A DNA stretch of 63,771 bases, filler included, from Intoshia linei (taxonomy: Eukaryota > Animalia > Orthonectida): NCBI GenBank assembly GCA_001642005.1. It is 6 parts of 6 records of this genome, joined end to end, with 100 filler letters (N's around TTAATTAATTAA, not from the genome) between each part and the next. Parts side by side here need not be neighbours in the genome. Positions count along the whole stretch, not along the records: positions 26,053 to 55,311 come from LWCA01000391.1; positions 55,412 to 59,808 come from LWCA01001943.1; positions 59,909 to 63,771 come from LWCA01002018.1; 3 more parts are not named here. One strand, written 5' to 3'. The notes under the pieces are model-generated. The model was not told the origin of the DNA. It did not search any database and worked only from the letters and a program-made list of their open reading frames with translations. The position numbers and the translations under genes are program-made. This document shows, in pieces, positions 52,880-63,771 of this stretch. Position 1 is the stretch's first letter; every line of letters starts with the position of its first letter.

Positions 52880-53118
52880 ATGGTAAGTATTTTATTTGTC
52901 AGTATTTAATTTAATTACCGAAACTGTCAGTATTTTAATAAAAAATTTTCAATATTTTCGACAAAAATTGTCAGTATATACTGTAGTCAAGGATATACTG
53001 ACAATATATTTTTTTCACTGCCCTTCCAATTTAAATACTGACAATAGATTATTTATACTGACACTTTACTGATTAAAATACTGACGCTATAAATACAAGC
53101 CAAAATAAATTACCGTAT
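52880..53118. repeat. Foldback-like MITE built from ~8 copies of (a)tactgaca, inverted about the centre
   Basis: tgtcagtat x3 then atactgac x4-5; similar motif at ~11-45. Confidence 0.6.
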
Positions 53119-53388
53119 TAAGATCAACAAAAAATTTGAAAATTGTAGTCAAAGTAAATTTCTAATATAAAATATATATTTTTTAATATGTGTATTCACC
53201 CTGTATTTGTAAAATTCGGCCAATTCTAATAAATTAAAATTATTCATTGAAAATTAAAATTACATTACAATAGTTTATTGCCTCGTTAACAGGATATTTT
53301 ATAAACTAATTTTTAATTCATTTGTATAATAATTAAAAATTAGATGTACTTTTTATAATATAGTAATCATAGCTTATGAATTGTCCAC

Positions 53389-55311
53389 TAGGGTGGACAT
53401 AATTTCAATATTTATGAATTTCTGATAGGACAAGATCCAAAAGTTTTCGTTTTGATTAGCAGACATAAAATCCAAAATCTTAACAAAATTCAAAAAGTTT
53501 ATAAGGGTGCTCAAGGGCACAGAATATCAAATTATTATTTAAATATGAATATTAAGAGTATTACTTACTTATATAATCAAATTAATTCTAGGAAAGCCAA
53601 ATAAGGTTCAATTAATAGTTTTGAATGTTTAATTAATTAACAATGAATTTTAAATAAAATTGTGATATTTTTATTGTGAATTTTTTATACATAATTATTA
53701 AATTTAGTCAAAACTCTATTTTCTAAATTTTTGAAGTTTTTGCATGTCGGGACAACGTTATCCATCAATGCAAGAGATCTTTCGCATATCTCATTGGTAA
53801 AAGATATATCCACAAACTTTATAGTTTTATTCCAATGTTTCATTAGGCAACAATACGCTTTAGAGAATTTAGGTGATATTACAGGTCCTAAACAATATTC
53901 AAGAGGTTCCCAAAAAGCTATTTTCTGATCACGACATGTAAACCAACAATTGCTCCATACATATGATATAAAATTACACGCTTCGATCATAATTTCTGTC
54001 CTATCCAAATTTAGAATGATAGCTTTGAGGTAGTAAATGCTTCTAGAATTTCATCTAGCATTCGATATATTGCATGGTTTCTCGAAATTCATTTTTGGAT
54101 CGGAAGTATATTTTCTAAATGTTTTATAACAGTTCACCAATTATATCACATATAATTCCTTATAATCATTTCTCCACTGTCCACTTAGAGTATTTTCGTA
54201 TTCAATATCAATTGTCCCAATATAATTGCTGTATAGGGACGAATAATTATCGCGAATCTCGTTAACAAAAGGATAATGAATATTTAAAGATACAGTTCCA
54301 CATCCAAATATCTGATTTAAAACATGCTTCAAAATCAAATCTAGGACATGAAACCTACAGCCTTCATATTCTATATTACCGTTTAGTCTCTGCATTTGTG
54401 CAACAACTCCATTGATGCGTCCGGTATTTGTTGCAGTGGTATCACATATGATGAGCTTAATCCTGAATATCTGAAATTTATCACTGCCACGTCCAATTTC
54501 TTCGTTTAATGCATTAATACAGCTTGTTCTTGAAGGAACTGCATAATTGGTGACAGTTTTTAAAATGGTTTGCATTTTCCGTGACGAAGTGTGTGTTTTT
54601 ATACAAGCCTTTGCAATATCCTGACAATACAGTTTTGATACCTGCCCACCATGATGTGCTTGATTCAAGTTTACATCATTTTGAATTGAATCCACACAAT
54701 TGTTATCACACTCAATACCATTAATTTTAGATTGTTGTAATTGTGATATTATAAATCTGTTTCTCTGTCAATTTCCGTTGCAATTCTGCCTCCTCACGTT
54801 CCATTTTTCTTTTATATTTACGATTATGGTCATTATCCAGCTTACCAAAAGTCATATTTCTTTCATTCCTCTGATCACGCAGAAAACACATATCTTCAGC
54901 ATGAGAACAAATTAATTCTGCATTTGTGTTTGATATATCGAATAATTTATCCATAAGAGTAATAAAATTTTCTTCACGGAGTATTTGAGAATTGGATCGT
55001 CTATTTTTATTTTTGTTTAATAGGCTATAGAGTTGGCAGTATTTCTTTAACTTATTTATAATATGGTTTTTATGTTTAATCGGAATGGTACTAATACTCC
55101 ACACATCCATAACTTTCAATACATTTCTCATTGTCGGAAAATTATAGCAAGCAAAATCTTTCATAACATACCCAATTAACCATATATTGTCTTTGGATCT
55201 TGTTGGTAGCATTAAATGGTAGATTAATTTTGTAAAGTAAATAAATTTTTATATGACGATAATAAAAATATCAATTTATCTATAATTTACTATTTCATTT
55301 AATAAACACTA
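53389..55311 (-). mobile_element. Defective hAT-superfamily (hATm-like) DNA transposon
   Basis: TAGGGTG terminus; fragmented ORFs MLPTRS..WLIG..., LFDIS...FLRDQRNER, ICDTTATNTG..NGV, GCRFHVLDL (CxxH), ARW..SRSIYYLK, TNEICERSL. Confidence 0.7.
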
Positions 55312-55411
55312 NNNNNNNNNNNNNNNNNNNNNNNNNNNNNNNNNNNNNNNNNNNNTTAATTAATTAANNNNNNNNNNNNNNNNNNNNNNNNNNNNNNNNN
55401 NNNNNNNNNNN

Positions 55412-55920
55412 TTTTTATGTAACGAATACAGTGTAAAAAGGAAGACTAGACGATGGCCTTACTGTGTATTCATGGGACTACTCAATATTGTTACAATTAA
55501 GTTTTATTCTATATTCATCTGGAAATACATTGATTCCTCAACGTTTATATTTGCGAAAATTAGGAATATTGTTATGCAAAGAACAAAAATTAGTTAAATT
55601 ACAATCTTTTTATATTGCAAAAAAAAGTAAACGTAGATGTTACTTTTGTATTTCTCACACTCTGAAAAAATCACAAATTGTATGTAATTCCTGCAATGCG
55701 ATTATTTGTAAAGATCACGTGAATGCACTATGCCCAAATTGTTATAATGCATGTTATTTTAATTGATTGTTCTGTATATTTTTTTATAGCCCAATAAATA
55801 ATAAAAATTTACATTTTAAAAGTTTTATTGCTCTTTACAATTTTTTCATTCATTATAAACGTCCAAAAATGGATGTCTGCGAGTGTTTACGTTATTTTTA
55901 TTAGCGCGAGCACTAAAAAG
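55412..55920 (+). mobile_element. piggyBac 3' end, related to but diverged from 1783-3571
   Basis: YSVKRKTRRWP, Cys-rich CYFC...CNSC..ICKDH..LCPNC; TIR gcgcgagcactaaaaag|TTAA. Confidence 0.88.
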
Positions 55921-56789
55921 TTAAAAAAATATTGTGTCAGTCGATGCCATTTAATTTTAAAAATATTAAGATAAACAGAACAACATTATTTGATGGGTTT
56001 AACTATTTTTTAATTCATATCGTTATACAGTCAGACCTGTATATATTAAACATTAAAAATTATTTTGTTAACATCGTTACGCGAGTCACTAATCAAATTG
56101 TGAGAATGGTTAACCGACTGAGCGTAAACTGCAGAGAGAAAAATCTGAATACTTTCATGAATGCCAGCTTCAGATACCTGACACCTATAAATAATTTACT
56201 GGTTAAAGATTTGAAGTATCTATGCATCACAGATTAAAAAATGAATACTATTTAATGCTCCGACTAATTTAATAATTTCAGCATCTAATTTAATATTTAT
56301 AACGCATAATATAAGTATTTTAACATTATTTAATAAGTACTTTGGTCGTTTAATTTAATGCTTAAGCGTGTAATATAATTATTGTACCATATAACTTAAT
56401 ATTCGAAACGTTTAAATCAATTTATAAATTTCTATAGATCACCACAAATCAACATTTCTCATAAGCCTTTTTTGCATGTATTATCATTTTTAAGTAAATT
56501 TTTGAGTTATTATTACAACATTTAATTTAATAGCTACAACGTCTAATTAATTAGATAAAATTAAAATTCTAAATTGATTGAAGTAAATTTTATTTTAAAT
56601 AAACGTAACATTATTTAATATAAAACATAGCGTTTACTGAATTTATTGTATTAACGTCTTTTAATTTTTAATAAAACTTTAAAATTTCCATTAAAACGGT
56701 AATTAATTTTTTTCTAATAATAATAATTTTAAATAGATGTTTTCTAATATGAAAGATTACGTATCATCCGAATAGGAAAATGATATTAA

Positions 56790-57313
56790 CCCTAATACTC
56801 CCAGACAAATTTTTCCAATTTTTTGGAAAAATCGAAGCCAAAAAATACTTTAATACATACTTGCCTATTTTTCACCGTATAAAATTTTAGGTAATTACCA
56901 ATTGTAGTTATGGAGTTATTTCACATTCCATATGTTCACATTGGGAGAATAAGGCAAATAAAAGCGTGTATATATAAAACCGCATCGTCAATATACCTAA
57001 TTATTTCATCAAATTGTAGCCAATACATGAATTCATCATATCATATTCATTAAATTCAGTTGTCACAACTTTAACAAAAAAAATATAAAAAATTTTTTTT
57101 GTGAATTTTTTTTTTGCTTTGAAAAATCATTTTGGCCCACTGTCAGTGACACAGGAGGCTAATCGGTGAAAACTCATAACTAATATACTCGAATGTTATA
57201 TAATATACTAATTAATTTAATTTTTCATATTTAATTAACTTTGTTTCCACTTGATACGTGTTTTTATAAATGTAATGTTGTGTGACCATATGGTCACATT
57301 GGGAGTATATGGG
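56790..57313. mobile_element. TTAA-targeting (piggyBac-type) MITE
   Basis: TTAA|ccctaatactccca...tgggagtatatggg|TTAA. Confidence 0.75.
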
Positions 57314-57317
57314 TTAA

Positions 57318-57575
57318 TGATGACAAGCGAATCAAGAGGAGAGGAAAAATATATTCAATGAATACTGTGTTTAATTTTGCCGTGGAAGCAAAACAGTACA
57401 TAAAAGTTCAAGATACTTGGTCTATTAATACAACTGGAAAAACATTATGTAATAAAAATGTGTTCTATCGTTGTAAAAAAACAATCAATACTAATGAAAA
57501 TTCGTGTAAAGCTGGTTTATACTTGTTATATCATAATAACAATCAACAAGTATCGTTATATATAGAAAAGGAACT
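57318..57575 (+). mobile_element. Possible Mutator/MULE N-terminal DNA-binding remnant
   Basis: F..A..YI...WS......FYRCK...SCKAGLYL resembles FAR1/WRKY-GCM1-type zinc domains. Confidence 0.4.
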
Positions 57576-57885
57576 CAACCTTCCATGAGTTATGGTCTGG
57601 TGTGCGATCTCTTTATCATGAATCATTAAACCTTTCTTTTTTGATACTACAGTAACTTCACAATCTTACCTCAAAATACTTAAAAAAAAATTTTGGCCTT
57701 GTCTGCAACACCAAGAAATAATGCTTCAGCAAGATGGCGCCCGGCCCACTATGGTAAGTGTGTGCGAGAATGGTTAAATAAAAATTTTGGCAAAAGATGG
57801 ATTGGCGGTCGCGGCTTCATCGAATGGCCACCCAGATCTTACTCCATGTGACTTCTTCTTATAGAGCTTTTTGAAGAATCGTGAC
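57576..57885 (+). mobile_element. Tc1/mariner-superfamily remnant, rosa/DD41D-type
   Basis: VMVWCAIS, TVTSQSYL, QQDGA.P..., WIG.RG..EWPPRS[PDL]TPCDFFL; ~41-residue D-D spacing after repairing small indels. Confidence 0.75.
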
Positions 57886-57894
57886 ATATGCGTA

Positions 57895-58560
57895 ATGCGT
57901 AACATATATGCATCGTCATAAGATATTTTTCAAACATGTTAAACAAAATTGTAAATAAATTTTTAACCCTAATTAAAGTAGGTAAACAGATTCAAAAACT
58001 TTATATTACCATAAAAGCTTTTTTTGAATCAATAAATATTAATATTTCTAACTGTTTCGCAATAGGCACTGATGGCGCGTCAAACCTATGCTGGATTAGA
58101 AATTCTTTATATAAATAATTAAGTCAGGATAATCCAAACCTCATACTTGTTAAATGTATGTCATTTAGCTTGTAGTTACACATTCACCGTCATTCCAGAT
58201 GATATAAATTTTATTATTCGTCAAACTTTCAATTTTTTTAAATCGCCTCTGAGATTCAGAGAATATAAAAATTTATACATGATTATTAACGACGAACTCT
58301 CTCCTTTGAAGTTTATACCAATAAGTAAAACGAGGTAGTTAATTAGGTCGTCCGCAATTAAAATAATAATAAATCAATAGAACGTAAAGACATATTTGGA
58401 TCTTAACATTACAGATCAAAGATGTTCTCGAGCTGAGATCTACTTAACCTAATTAATAACACGAATTATTTATATTTTAAACACTATTATCCGAGCGTTT
58501 GAAAATATAAATAATAATTTTCGAAACTTTTGTTGACTGTAAATGTAAATGTAAAAAGTC
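57895..58560 (+). mobile_element. hAT transposase remnant (ZNF862/hAT5-like)
   Basis: AIGTDGASNL, C-x-C-H region, FKSPLR..EYK, KFIPISKTR(W); many stops. Confidence 0.65.
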
Positions 58561-59334
58561 ATTCGATCAAAATATAATTATTATTGATACAAATTGAATT
58601 TTTTTATGAATAATATTGACAATAAATTGAATTCATTAGAGTTGAGTATGTCGGAATGCAATTAAAACAAGAAAGATGTAGTTGGTAATTATCTAGTTAA
58701 GGATTTTAAGGTGATTGGAAAGTTGGACATAAAAAACTAAGGTTAAATTAGCGAATAGAGATCTGCAAGAAAATGGAGTGGAACAATTTCAAATAGTTGA
58801 AGTTAATAATTGATAAAAAGTTGATGCACTGAATAAAGACTATATCAAGTGGAGGTCAGTGCGGGGCATAACTAAATTCAACCAGTTGTGTAGGTTGTTG
58901 AAAGTTGCTGTCCCAGAGTTGCCGCAAGACATAGTTGAAAAAATGTGTTTGCAAAAATTGTTAATAAAGTTGACACCTAAAAAAAGGCAGTTAATACGAT
59001 ATGAAAGACCTAGACTAAGTTGATGTTGATATAAAACAGCCATACAGTTGAGAGAAAGTTGGATTTGTATGGAAAAAATGTTTCCAATGTGGAAAATTTC
59101 AACATATTTCTTACAAATGTAATAAGAAATAAGTAGTTAATTGAGTAAGTGACCGAAAAGTCTAAAAATTACCAAATGACCTAAATCTCAGTCAACTTGT
59201 TGACAACCTAAGTCAGTGCTCATCAAACTTTTTTGAGCATTCATCCCCTGTGATACATATTTTTGTTCTATTCACTCCAATAAAACAATTATTATGACAT
59301 GTCATAATTTGCACTTATAAAATGTACTGAATTA

Positions 59335-59808
59335 TTAGGTCGTTTCATATGTAATGTCGTTTTTATTGTAACTTTATTATAAATCATTATATCTTTACGA
59401 ATATTTACTGGAAGTGCGTTATTTTTTTATTTTTACGAAATATGGACAAATGTGTATTCGATGAAAGAGTAATTTCCGATGACAAAAATATTTTTAATTA
59501 ATATTTAGAGAAACAAGTTGGATGATTATGATGGTCATATCAGACATATTTTACTTTGAGTTTCATATGAGGCATACCGTATCAGAAACTAATGAAAATA
59601 TATGTAATGTTTATGGCAAGGATGCTATCAACATACGAAAAACTCAAAGATAATTCTTAAAGTTTAGACAAAAGAATTATAACCTAGAAAATGTCCAACG
59701 TTCCGGTAGATGAAAACAAAATTAAAGAGAAATTGATAAAATCTCCAATTCAAGCATGTACGTCATTATCAAATGTTGCTGGTTGTTCAAGAACAAGTGT
59801 ACATCGAG
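59335..59808 (+). mobile_element. mariner 5' half (same family as 9290-9952), inserted into a copy of the 3617-4359 MITE
   Basis: TA|ttaggtcgtttcatatgtaatgtcgtttt matches the 9952 TIR with 1 mismatch; HTH remnant HIRHIL..EF, NICNVYG, F..KNYNLENVQRSGR. Confidence 0.88.
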
Positions 59809-59908
59809 NNNNNNNNNNNNNNNNNNNNNNNNNNNNNNNNNNNNNNNNNNNNTTAATTAATTAANNNNNNNNNNNNNNNNNNNNNNNNNNNNNNNNNNNN
59901 NNNNNNNN

Positions 59909-60300
59909 GTCAATCAAGAGACAATAAAAGCTGTTAAAAACGTGGCACTTTCCCACCAAACCTTTTTCAATGGAATCAGGAATGGCACCTGGTCATCTTC
60001 AGCTAGAGTTGATTGACCTCCAAACAAACACTGAACTGAAAGAAAAATTTGGCCTCTTACCTCTACATAAATTTATCGATATTGGATTTCGGCCACCAAT
60101 TTTCCCCTTCTTCACAGCAATGCAATGAAGATACTGACACTTTTCGGTAGTACATATAGGTGCGAAAAATTGTTTTCGTTGATGAAGGTGAGAAAGAACA
60201 AGACTACTAACCGAATACTAGACGAAAATTTAGCACATTGCCTCAAATTACATTCTACCGATGTAACTTTGGAACAAATGTTTGAAAAAATGAAATTTTG
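59909..60300 (+). mobile_element. hAT Charlie/GTF2IRD2-like transposase C-terminus
   Basis: LQLELIDLQTN, ILTLFGSTYRCEKLFSLMK...NRILDENLAHCL. Confidence 0.85.
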
Positions 60301-61856
60301 ATTTACAAAAATAAATTTTAATCTAAAAAAAAATAATTTTTTGTCGCTCGAGCGCGATCATAATTTAAAAGTCTTCGGAATCTCTTAAATTTTCTTTTGT
60401 CCTTGTAATAATAATCATTTTGGTTGGGTACTTCTAAACAATAACCACAGCTGTACAGGCTATTTGATTCAACGCTCTGTATGCAGTGACAAAAAATTTA
60501 AATTAGAATTTTTTATTTTTGTATGTATGAATTTGTATGTTTGTTTATGTGTGAATATGTCGACTTCAGGGCTACAAATATTATGACATATGTCAACCTA
60601 AAGTTTCATGCTAACCTACATGTAGCTACAGCTCTAGAATCTAGGCTCTAGATATAAATGTACAAGCCAAGCCGATTTTGGGCGTTGTAACTATGTATAA
60701 TTATTATTTAAATGAGCAGATTTTTGAAATGATCATGAGCACCCGTGAGCAAAAACACATGTGGACATCACGGTTCTAGACCATATAATCTAGAGCCCTT
60801 CGAGATCTAGAGCTACATCGACTTTAGAGTGACTAGTTTACTTCACATTTTGATTATGCTCTTAAATAAGTTTGCATCATTGTGATTTGATCATGCATGA
60901 TTTTATTATGGCAAGATGGAAACGATGGCCACCAAACAAGTATATTCAATTACGGTATTTACTTGTCAATCCATAAACTATATATATCTTTGTTAAGCAT
61001 AACTTTTCGTCTAAATTGTAAAAAATATCATTCTATCCTGTCAAGTCATCATCGTCATATTTAATATTTATCATTTGTACGTGATTGCAAGTAAGCGTTC
61101 TAATGCAAATAAAATCTTGAATGATTTGTCCATTGTATCACAATATTCTATATTACATGCAGGAACTAATATTATGTGCTCTTTTAATATTTCAGTGTAT
61201 ATTTGATACTTCAGTGACCTTCCTTATGCTAGTGTGAACCTTGTGACGAGATTTGGTATCTCATCATTTTCATAAACTATCAGGATATGTGATTGTAGTT
61301 TCAAGCCATTAAACAGTTGATCTTACATCATTGATTGTCATTGTTTGTATATATGCATTATTGGTTCCCCTTCTTGTTTATTATGTGATAAAATAATTTG
61401 CGTAAATACCCTATTTTCTGATAGTTTTCGTTTAAATCCGCAATTACAATCCAAATATATTGTATTAAGTGTAGCTTAATGTAAATTAATTAATTAACTT
61501 AATCTTCTTAGCTGCTTCGATGCTTTGAAATCATTGCTACAATGCATGATTAGCTGTAAATCATAGTTTTTAACCATATCACAATATTAGATGGAGCACA
61601 TTTATTTTATAAACGTTTTATTGTACAATATATCTGAATTAGAAAGCTCTAATGACACCTTACTATGAACTATATATTAATACACATTTTAATTAAATAT
61701 TTATATGAGTTTTACTTTGTAGTGTTCTTTGTGGTCTCTAATTGGTTTTTTATTTTTTTTTATTGTTGAAAAAAGTTTGAATTCTACATTGATTTGAATA
61801 TGTCACTGCAATGCACCTGTTCTAAGTTACTAATATATATTTTAATATTAATTTAG

Positions 61857-63428
61857 GTTTTTTATCAAAACTTTTATGTGGAAAGTGATAACGAAAGCGA
61901 AATTTTGTTAACTAACGAATTTGGAATGAATCTTACGGTAATTTTAAAATTTTAAATATAAATCAATGATTTGGTATTGACCATGATTGAATATCGCAAT
62001 CTTTTCAATTCACGATAAATACTACTGTATATTAAAATAAAGATAAATAAAATATTTCAAATAAAAATGAAAGAACCTTTGGAAAAATTGTTTCCACAGT
62101 AACTAAAAACTGTAAACTAAAAGTAACTAAAACTTTAAAACTAGCTTATTTTTACCTTTTTTAAAATTATTTCATACTTTTCATTAGCTTGCTTATGATA
62201 TTTTCAATGTTTCAAACTGACAGTTTCAAACAAAAATACAAATTTTTTAATTTATACTAATATCAACATTAGATATTTGAAACAAAATATAGAAAATATA
62301 TGCAAGTTTTACACATCAAAAACTTGATAATGTCAGCAAATTCTGTTTTATCTTCATCAAAATTGGATAAACAAGTATTTTAAATTAATTGAAATACATT
62401 CATATTCAATTTATTATGTCGATTCATTTTATCAAATAGATTCTCAACAAATTCAGTCAAAGAACTTTTGATTTAGATAATTTGAAAGACATTATAACGG
62501 ATATAAAACGAGTATATTAATTAATTTTCTAGAATTTAATGTACTTGGATCAATAATTATAGTACAATGGGATTTAATTATCATATAGATCAGTTTTTTT
62601 AATAATCGGAGGTCGAGAGTCGCGACCGCTAAGAGTTCGCGAAAATTTGAACATTTTGTGATATATTTTTTATTTTACGTACGTTGATATGATGTTTGGA
62701 TTATATAGAAAATTTTTTGTCTTCATAACGGGTCGCGAACACATAAAGGTTGAAAACCACTGATTTAGAATATACATATTAGTATATTATTGTATATTTA
62801 AAATACCATCCGAGATTTTGATGATAAATTCATTTTTATTCGATTAGATTCGATTGTAATTTTTTATTATAAATAAATATTTTTTAATTTCTTTATATAA
62901 TAATGTATTTTTAATTATTGATTTGTTATACTATATATGTATATATGATGTATATGGACAGAACTACTGACTAGGGAACGATTTAAAATTTTTATATTTC
63001 ACGATAATAAAATTTTAATGGTCAAAAAATTTATATGGTGGTGTCAACTAATTATCATATTGTATTTGTTATTGATTATGAACAAGTTTTTTTAAAGATA
63101 AAATTGAAATTTTACTTATAGGATTACGACGATTACTATTACAATGAAGAAGAAGTGAATAAATATCTAAATACATTTTCAGTAAACATGTCACTGGCAT
63201 ATGGAGGATTAAACGACGTAGAAACCCAAATTCATTATCCCTCAAAAGAGTGTATCTACTAAAAATATTTAAAATTTAGTAAAGTTTAGTGTACACTCAG
63301 ATAGGAACAAACGAAGAACTTCCATTAGGATCTGAATTTCAAGAACATGTGCAATGTTTCATCAGACCTAATCGTTCCGATTTACCTCATCCGTACATTG
63401 AAACTGCTAAACTTGTTAAGCTATTAGA
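61857..63428 (+). CDS. Three in-frame exons of an unidentified, possibly extracellular protein (partial)
   Basis: 61857-61937 VFYQNFYVESDNESEILLTNEFGMNLT | 63122-63251 DYDDYYYNEEEVNKYLNTFSVNMSLAYGGLNDVETQIHYPSKE | 63290-63428 LYTQIGTNEELPLGSEFQEHVQCFIRPNRSDLPHPYIETAKLVKLL; compatible GT-AG phases; four N-x-S/T sequons. Confidence 0.55.
62591..62762. mobile_element. hAT MITE in intron
   Basis: cagtttttt...gaaaaccactg; degenerate TSD atatagat/atttagaa. Confidence 0.55.
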
Positions 63429-63771
63429 GTAATTCATAACATATTTTACTATGACATTAATTTATATTAATTCAAAAAATTTTGTAACTATCGATATTCA
63501 AATTTAATTTAATTTACATTTACTGTGTCTGAATTTTTCTATTTTGTTTAAATATATTTTATTTTGAATTGAAGCTTTATAAAAACTATACATGTAAATA
63601 ACTGTCCAATAAGGTGTTAACTTTTCCACAAAACAAAAAATACAGGTCATACATGATAAGAAATGTAAGTATATTTATGATTGCTATGTTTTTAACGGAC
63701 TATGAATTTTTCTCAAATACAAAAATTCCGTTAAATTTTAATTTAAAATTATATCATCATAATTTTTAAAA

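Noticed and set aside
59335-59808. Idea that this mariner 5' half and the 3' half at 9290-9952 are one misplaced insertion
   Set aside because: The flank after 9954 does not continue the MITE interrupted at 59334, so these are separate copies.
63122-63428. Guess that the terminal gene is an integrin alpha, completing an integrin cluster with kindlin and CIB
   Set aside because: No FG-GAP or GFFKR motif visible, and it lies two artificial joins away.

Overview
Very AT-rich animal genomic DNA, not prokaryotic. It carries fast-evolving genes split by many tiny (~33-55 nt) GT-AG introns plus a few large, transposon-filled introns. The window is six contigs joined by identical artificial 100-bp spacers (N44-TTAATTAATTAA-N44), so adjacency across spacers is unproven. 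Gene models spliced by eye: farnesyl-PP synthase (-), a degenerate TBC/RabGAP fragment (+), OMA1 (-), a VPS36-like 5' fragment (+), the cholinergic locus VAChT->ChAT (-, both truncated), kindlin (+), CIB (-), NEK9 (+), RSPH3 (-), TIMM13 (-), RWDD1 (+) and an unidentified multi-exon fragment at the right end. The rest is decayed DNA transposons (piggyBac, mariner, Tc1, rosa/DD41D, pogo, hAT Buster and hATm-like, MULE-like, non-autonomous Helitrons, MITEs). Cholinergic and motile-cilia genes with tiny introns and extreme divergence suggest a reduced bilaterian such as an orthonectid (inference only). I found no clearly new enzymatic system. The most unusual signals are architectural: head-to-head gene pairs whose start codons are only ~40 bp apart, a very compact cholinergic locus, and a nested transposon stack in which two different hAT MITEs hit the equivalent 8-mer in both TIRs of one host element.
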